Shown here in pieces: positions 61,701 through 64,000 of a stretch of 64,000 nucleotides of DNA. Source of the DNA: Candidatus Roizmanbacteria bacterium (GTDB taxonomy: Bacteria; Patescibacteriota; Microgenomatia; UBA1406); assembly GCA_024654535.1 (NCBI GenBank), contig JANLHL010000016.1:224626-288625 (forward strand). The letters are read 5' to 3'. Within the stretch, counting starts at the first letter, position 1; every line of letters begins with the position of its first letter. A program made the position numbers and the translations under genes. The notes below the pieces were generated by a model. The model was not told where the DNA came from. It saw nothing but the letters and a program-made list of their open reading frames with translations, and did not search any database.

Positions 61701-61973
61701 TCCGAAAGAAAGAAAGATACCATCTGGCTTCTCTTTTTCTATTATCCTCTCTACAAAATATGGCGTAATGGCCAAAAAATATACTTTATCAGCAAGCATA
61801 TCCGAAGTTTGGATAGTCGCAATGTTTGGATTCACCAGCACTGTATATATCCCCTCTTCTTTCAATGCTTTTATTGCCTGAGAGCCGGAATAATCGAATT
61901 CTCCTGCTTCACCTATTTTAAGCGCTCCAGAACCCAATACTAACATCTTTTGCACTTTTATTTTCAAGCTCAT
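58767..61973 (-). CDS. carB: Carbamoyl-phosphate synthase large subunit
   Basis: GEFDYSG, GGQTALN, HTGES, duplicated ATP-grasp domains, MGS domain. Confidence 0.97.
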   Translation of the reverse strand: MSLKIKVQKMLVLGSGALKIGEAGEFDYSGSQAIKALKEEGIYTVLVNPNIATIQTSDMLADKVYFLAITPYFVERIIEKEKPDGIFLSFGGQTALNCGVELYRKKILQKHNITVYGTHVSSIIKTEDRDKFAHHLKKIQINTPKSIATTTVAQSKLAAKRLGYPVMVRAAYALGGQKSGPAYNEKQLHQRVTDAFSFSSQVLVEQYLHHYKEIEYEVVRDRFGNCVTVCNMENMDPLGIHTGESIVVAPSQTLSNHEYHFLREKAIDIVQSLKIVGECNVQFALNPHPKKQDIDYAVIEVNARLSRSSALASKATGYPLAYVAAKLALGRGLFELKNTVTHTTSAFFEPALDYIVVKMPRWDLDKFKDVHQQIGSSMKSVGEVMAIGRNFEETLQKAIRMLDIGEDGIVSDTYVSMKDTDIRTLLENPTPKRIFHLYEALRRGFTIPDIHEMTGIDPWFLYGISKIVSIEKKLKHEAHTLSIQVLTEAKQSGYSDSCIAQLTKKKEEDVRKIRIANAITPSFFQIDTLAGEVPAKTNYLYATYIGSHHDIRPLMHRAIIVLGSGPYRIGSSVEFDWACVNTAQYLHKHKKKSIIINCNPETVSTDYDMSDRLYFEELTLERILDIYSFENPYGVIVSVGGQIPNNLALPLAKNGAHILGTDPLEIRKAENRNTFSDTLDTLDIKQPSWSQLTSVDKAVSFAENVGYPVLIRPSFVLSGDAMMVCYTKKDLEEYMGTVGYINKKYPVTVSKFVEGAREIEYDGVAQYGEILIQAISEHVESAGVHSGDATIAYPAQKVYLKTESQIQNIAHKLAKKFSITGPFNIQFLARNNIVYVIELNLRASRTLPFISKASNVNFTRYIADSFFGKGKKHTLGYCDYVVVKAPQFSFARLEGADPTLRVEMASTGEVGCFGHTFEEALLKAELSVGGKIPSKGIFLSLGGDENKIRFLRTAYRMSKLGLPIYATDKTARFLRKNKIYARKLYKIHERMKPNVIDFLHKKKIDIVINIVDSSYKKDVRDDYIIRRATIDSNVYLITDSKKAMAFIKACSDYTLEQLSINAWDEYGA

Positions 61974-63010
61974 AGACAGGAAATAAATTTATCAAATATC
62001 CACTGTGTATCCACTGGTCCTGGACATGCCTCCGGATGAAATTGCACCGAAAAAAAAGGTTTTGACGTATGGATAATCCCCTCATTTGTTTTATCGTTCA
62101 AATTTTCAAACCACGGTTTAAATCCACGTGGGATTTTACCGACTGCATATCCATGGTTTTGAGTTGTCAGAAAACAACGAGATGTTCCAATTTCCCTACA
62201 TGGCTGATTTTGTCCTCTGTGACCAAATTTAAGTTTATAGGTATCACCTCCAGCAGCGAGCGCTAAAAGCTGATTCCCTAAACATATCCCAAGTAGTGGC
62301 TTATTTTTCGTAAGTGCGTACGTTATTGCGTTAATAGTTTCGTTGCACATTTTTGGATCTCCAGGGCCATTCGATACTACGATCCCGTCGTACACGAGTG
62401 AACTCGCAGCCAGATCGTAATTCCAAGGAACTTTAATAACTTTTACTTTTCTTTTTATGAGTGAACGTAGTATGTTTCTCTTTACGCCACAATCGATAAG
62501 TACTACTACTTTTTTTCCTTTGCCATACGTTTGCACACTCTTGCATGATACGGCAGACACGAGGTTCACTTTATTTGGATCAGAAAATTTAATATCTGGA
62601 CCTATAATAATCTTTCCTAACATAGCTCCATTCGTCCTTATTTTTTGAACAAGAAAGCGCGTATCTTCAACAATGAGAGCGGGAATCTTTTGTTTAATGA
62701 GCCATGCACTAAGAGTCATTGTGCTCTGCCAATGTGACGGTGTATCAACGTATTGCGCAACAACAAGCCCAGAAACATGTATGCGGCTGGATTCCCAAAA
62801 ATCCTGAGAAGGAACGCCATAGTTCCCAATGAGTGGATACGAGAGTACTAAAAGTTGACCGCTATACGATGGATCAGTGAGACTTTCTGGATAACCCACC
62901 ATACCAGTTGAGAAAGCGAGCTCTCCCGAAATAGATTGTTGGTATCCAAATGACGTTGCCTCAATGCGTGATCCGTCTTGCAGTTCTAAGTATGACGGCT
63001 GATTAATCAT
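61970..63010 (-). CDS. carA: Carbamoyl-phosphate synthase small subunit
   Basis: TDPSY, SNGPGDP, GICLG, QNHG, QFHPE. Confidence 0.96.
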   Translation of the reverse strand: MINQPSYLELQDGSRIEATSFGYQQSISGELAFSTGMVGYPESLTDPSYSGQLLVLSYPLIGNYGVPSQDFWESSRIHVSGLVVAQYVDTPSHWQSTMTLSAWLIKQKIPALIVEDTRFLVQKIRTNGAMLGKIIIGPDIKFSDPNKVNLVSAVSCKSVQTYGKGKKVVVLIDCGVKRNILRSLIKRKVKVIKVPWNYDLAASSLVYDGIVVSNGPGDPKMCNETINAITYALTKNKPLLGICLGNQLLALAAGGDTYKLKFGHRGQNQPCREIGTSRCFLTTQNHGYAVGKIPRGFKPWFENLNDKTNEGIIHTSKPFFSVQFHPEACPGPVDTQWIFDKFISCL

Positions 63011-63014
63011 GCAT

Positions 63015-63965
63015 TTATCCAAGTACAAGTTTGAGTAATGCCATACGAACATACATACCGTTCTTTACCTGTGTCGACAAATAAAGTGCTCTTGGATCTT
63101 TATCAATTTTTATATCAATCTCACCAATGCGAGGTAATGGATGCATAATGACCATGTTTGCATTCCCTTTTTGTTTCAGCAAACTCGGAGTAATAACAAA
63201 ACTTTTTTTGAGCTTTTCGTATTCTTCAGGATCAGAAAATCGTTCTTTTTGAACGCGTGTCCAGTACCAAAAATTGCAGTCTTTGGGAATGCTTTTCTCA
63301 TCTTTTATGTACTCAATCTTTATTTTCATTTTCTTTATTTCCTTTTCAACATATGGAGGCAATTTTAGTCGTTCTGGTGCAAGTAAATAGAGCGTATTAC
63401 CTTGATACTTGCCTAAACCTTTGATGAGCGAGTGTACTGTTCTCCCGTATAGTAAATCTCCCGCAATAAGACCTTTCAAGTTATGCAAACGTCCGAAGCG
63501 CCTATGCAATGTAAACATATCAAGAAGGGCTTGTGTCGGATGTTCACCTGATCCATCCCCTGCATTTATCATAGGAATATCGATCATTCTTGAAAGTTTT
63601 TTAACTATTCCTGTTGTAAAATGCCGCATCACTATACAGTCACTGTAGTTTGCAAAAACCCGTATCGTATCTTCCATCGTCTCCCCTTTTACGTATGAAG
63701 ATGTTGTCGTTGGGTTCTGATACTCAACAGTTTGTGCACCCATTCTTTTCGCTGCAGAAGAAAAAGAACTAAACGTACGCGATGATGGTTCATAAAAAAG
63801 AAGTGTTACTATTTTGCCATTCAATTCATGGTGAATCACACCCCTTTCATGTTCGTTGATAAGAGCGCTCGCCTCATTGAATACGCGGTTAAAGGAATCC
63901 GGAGTAAACTGATCGATAGATAGGATGCTTCTATTTGAGAATTGATCTTTTTTTATTTTTTGCAT
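63015..63965 (-). CDS. pyrB: Aspartate carbamoyltransferase catalytic subunit
   Basis: FYEPSSRT, NAGDG..EHPTQ, RVQKER, HPLPR. Confidence 0.96.
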   Translation of the reverse strand: MQKIKKDQFSNRSILSIDQFTPDSFNRVFNEASALINEHERGVIHHELNGKIVTLLFYEPSSRTFSSFSSAAKRMGAQTVEYQNPTTTSSYVKGETMEDTIRVFANYSDCIVMRHFTTGIVKKLSRMIDIPMINAGDGSGEHPTQALLDMFTLHRRFGRLHNLKGLIAGDLLYGRTVHSLIKGLGKYQGNTLYLLAPERLKLPPYVEKEIKKMKIKIEYIKDEKSIPKDCNFWYWTRVQKERFSDPEEYEKLKKSFVITPSLLKQKGNANMVIMHPLPRIGEIDIKIDKDPRALYLSTQVKNGMYVRMALLKLVLG

Positions 63966-64000
63966 ACATATATAAACTGTATCCTGAGTGATACTACCAC

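Overview
64 kb of chromosomal DNA from a low-GC bacterium using genetic code 11, most likely Patescibacteria/CPR (Microgenomates-like). This is inferred from the stand-alone 5S rRNA, the short RF1, widespread leaderless genes and the membrane/secreted hypotheticals. Housekeeping genes include ychF, a Xer-type recombinase, yebC, dnaB, rnj, prfA, rpmE, htrA, ctpA, radA, rpsF-ssb-rpsR, cysS, trmD, obgE, pyrB-carA-carB, tRNA-Leu(TAG), tRNA-Gly(TCC) and 5S rRNA. Accessory modules are a surface-protein region (2-9.7 kb), an XRE-Trx-DipZ operon, a CsoR-CopA copper operon and a LysW (amino-group carrier protein) lysine operon. Five things stand out. (1) The LysW operon has no LysK; an N-terminal-Cys Ntn-hydrolase sits in its place as a candidate non-orthologous LysW-releasing enzyme, next to a divergent ACT regulator with a perfect 18-bp palindrome. 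(2) Two dissimilar secreted proteins share a C-terminal IFLPxVxR tail and a near-identical promoter-upstream motif. (3) A duplicated IPRTG sorting-signal segment forms a 47-aa micro-ORF. (4) Nested palindromic repeat elements are dispersed through the window. (5) Two related structured non-coding stretches flank the DipZ operon. No CRISPR array, transposase or phage structural gene was seen.
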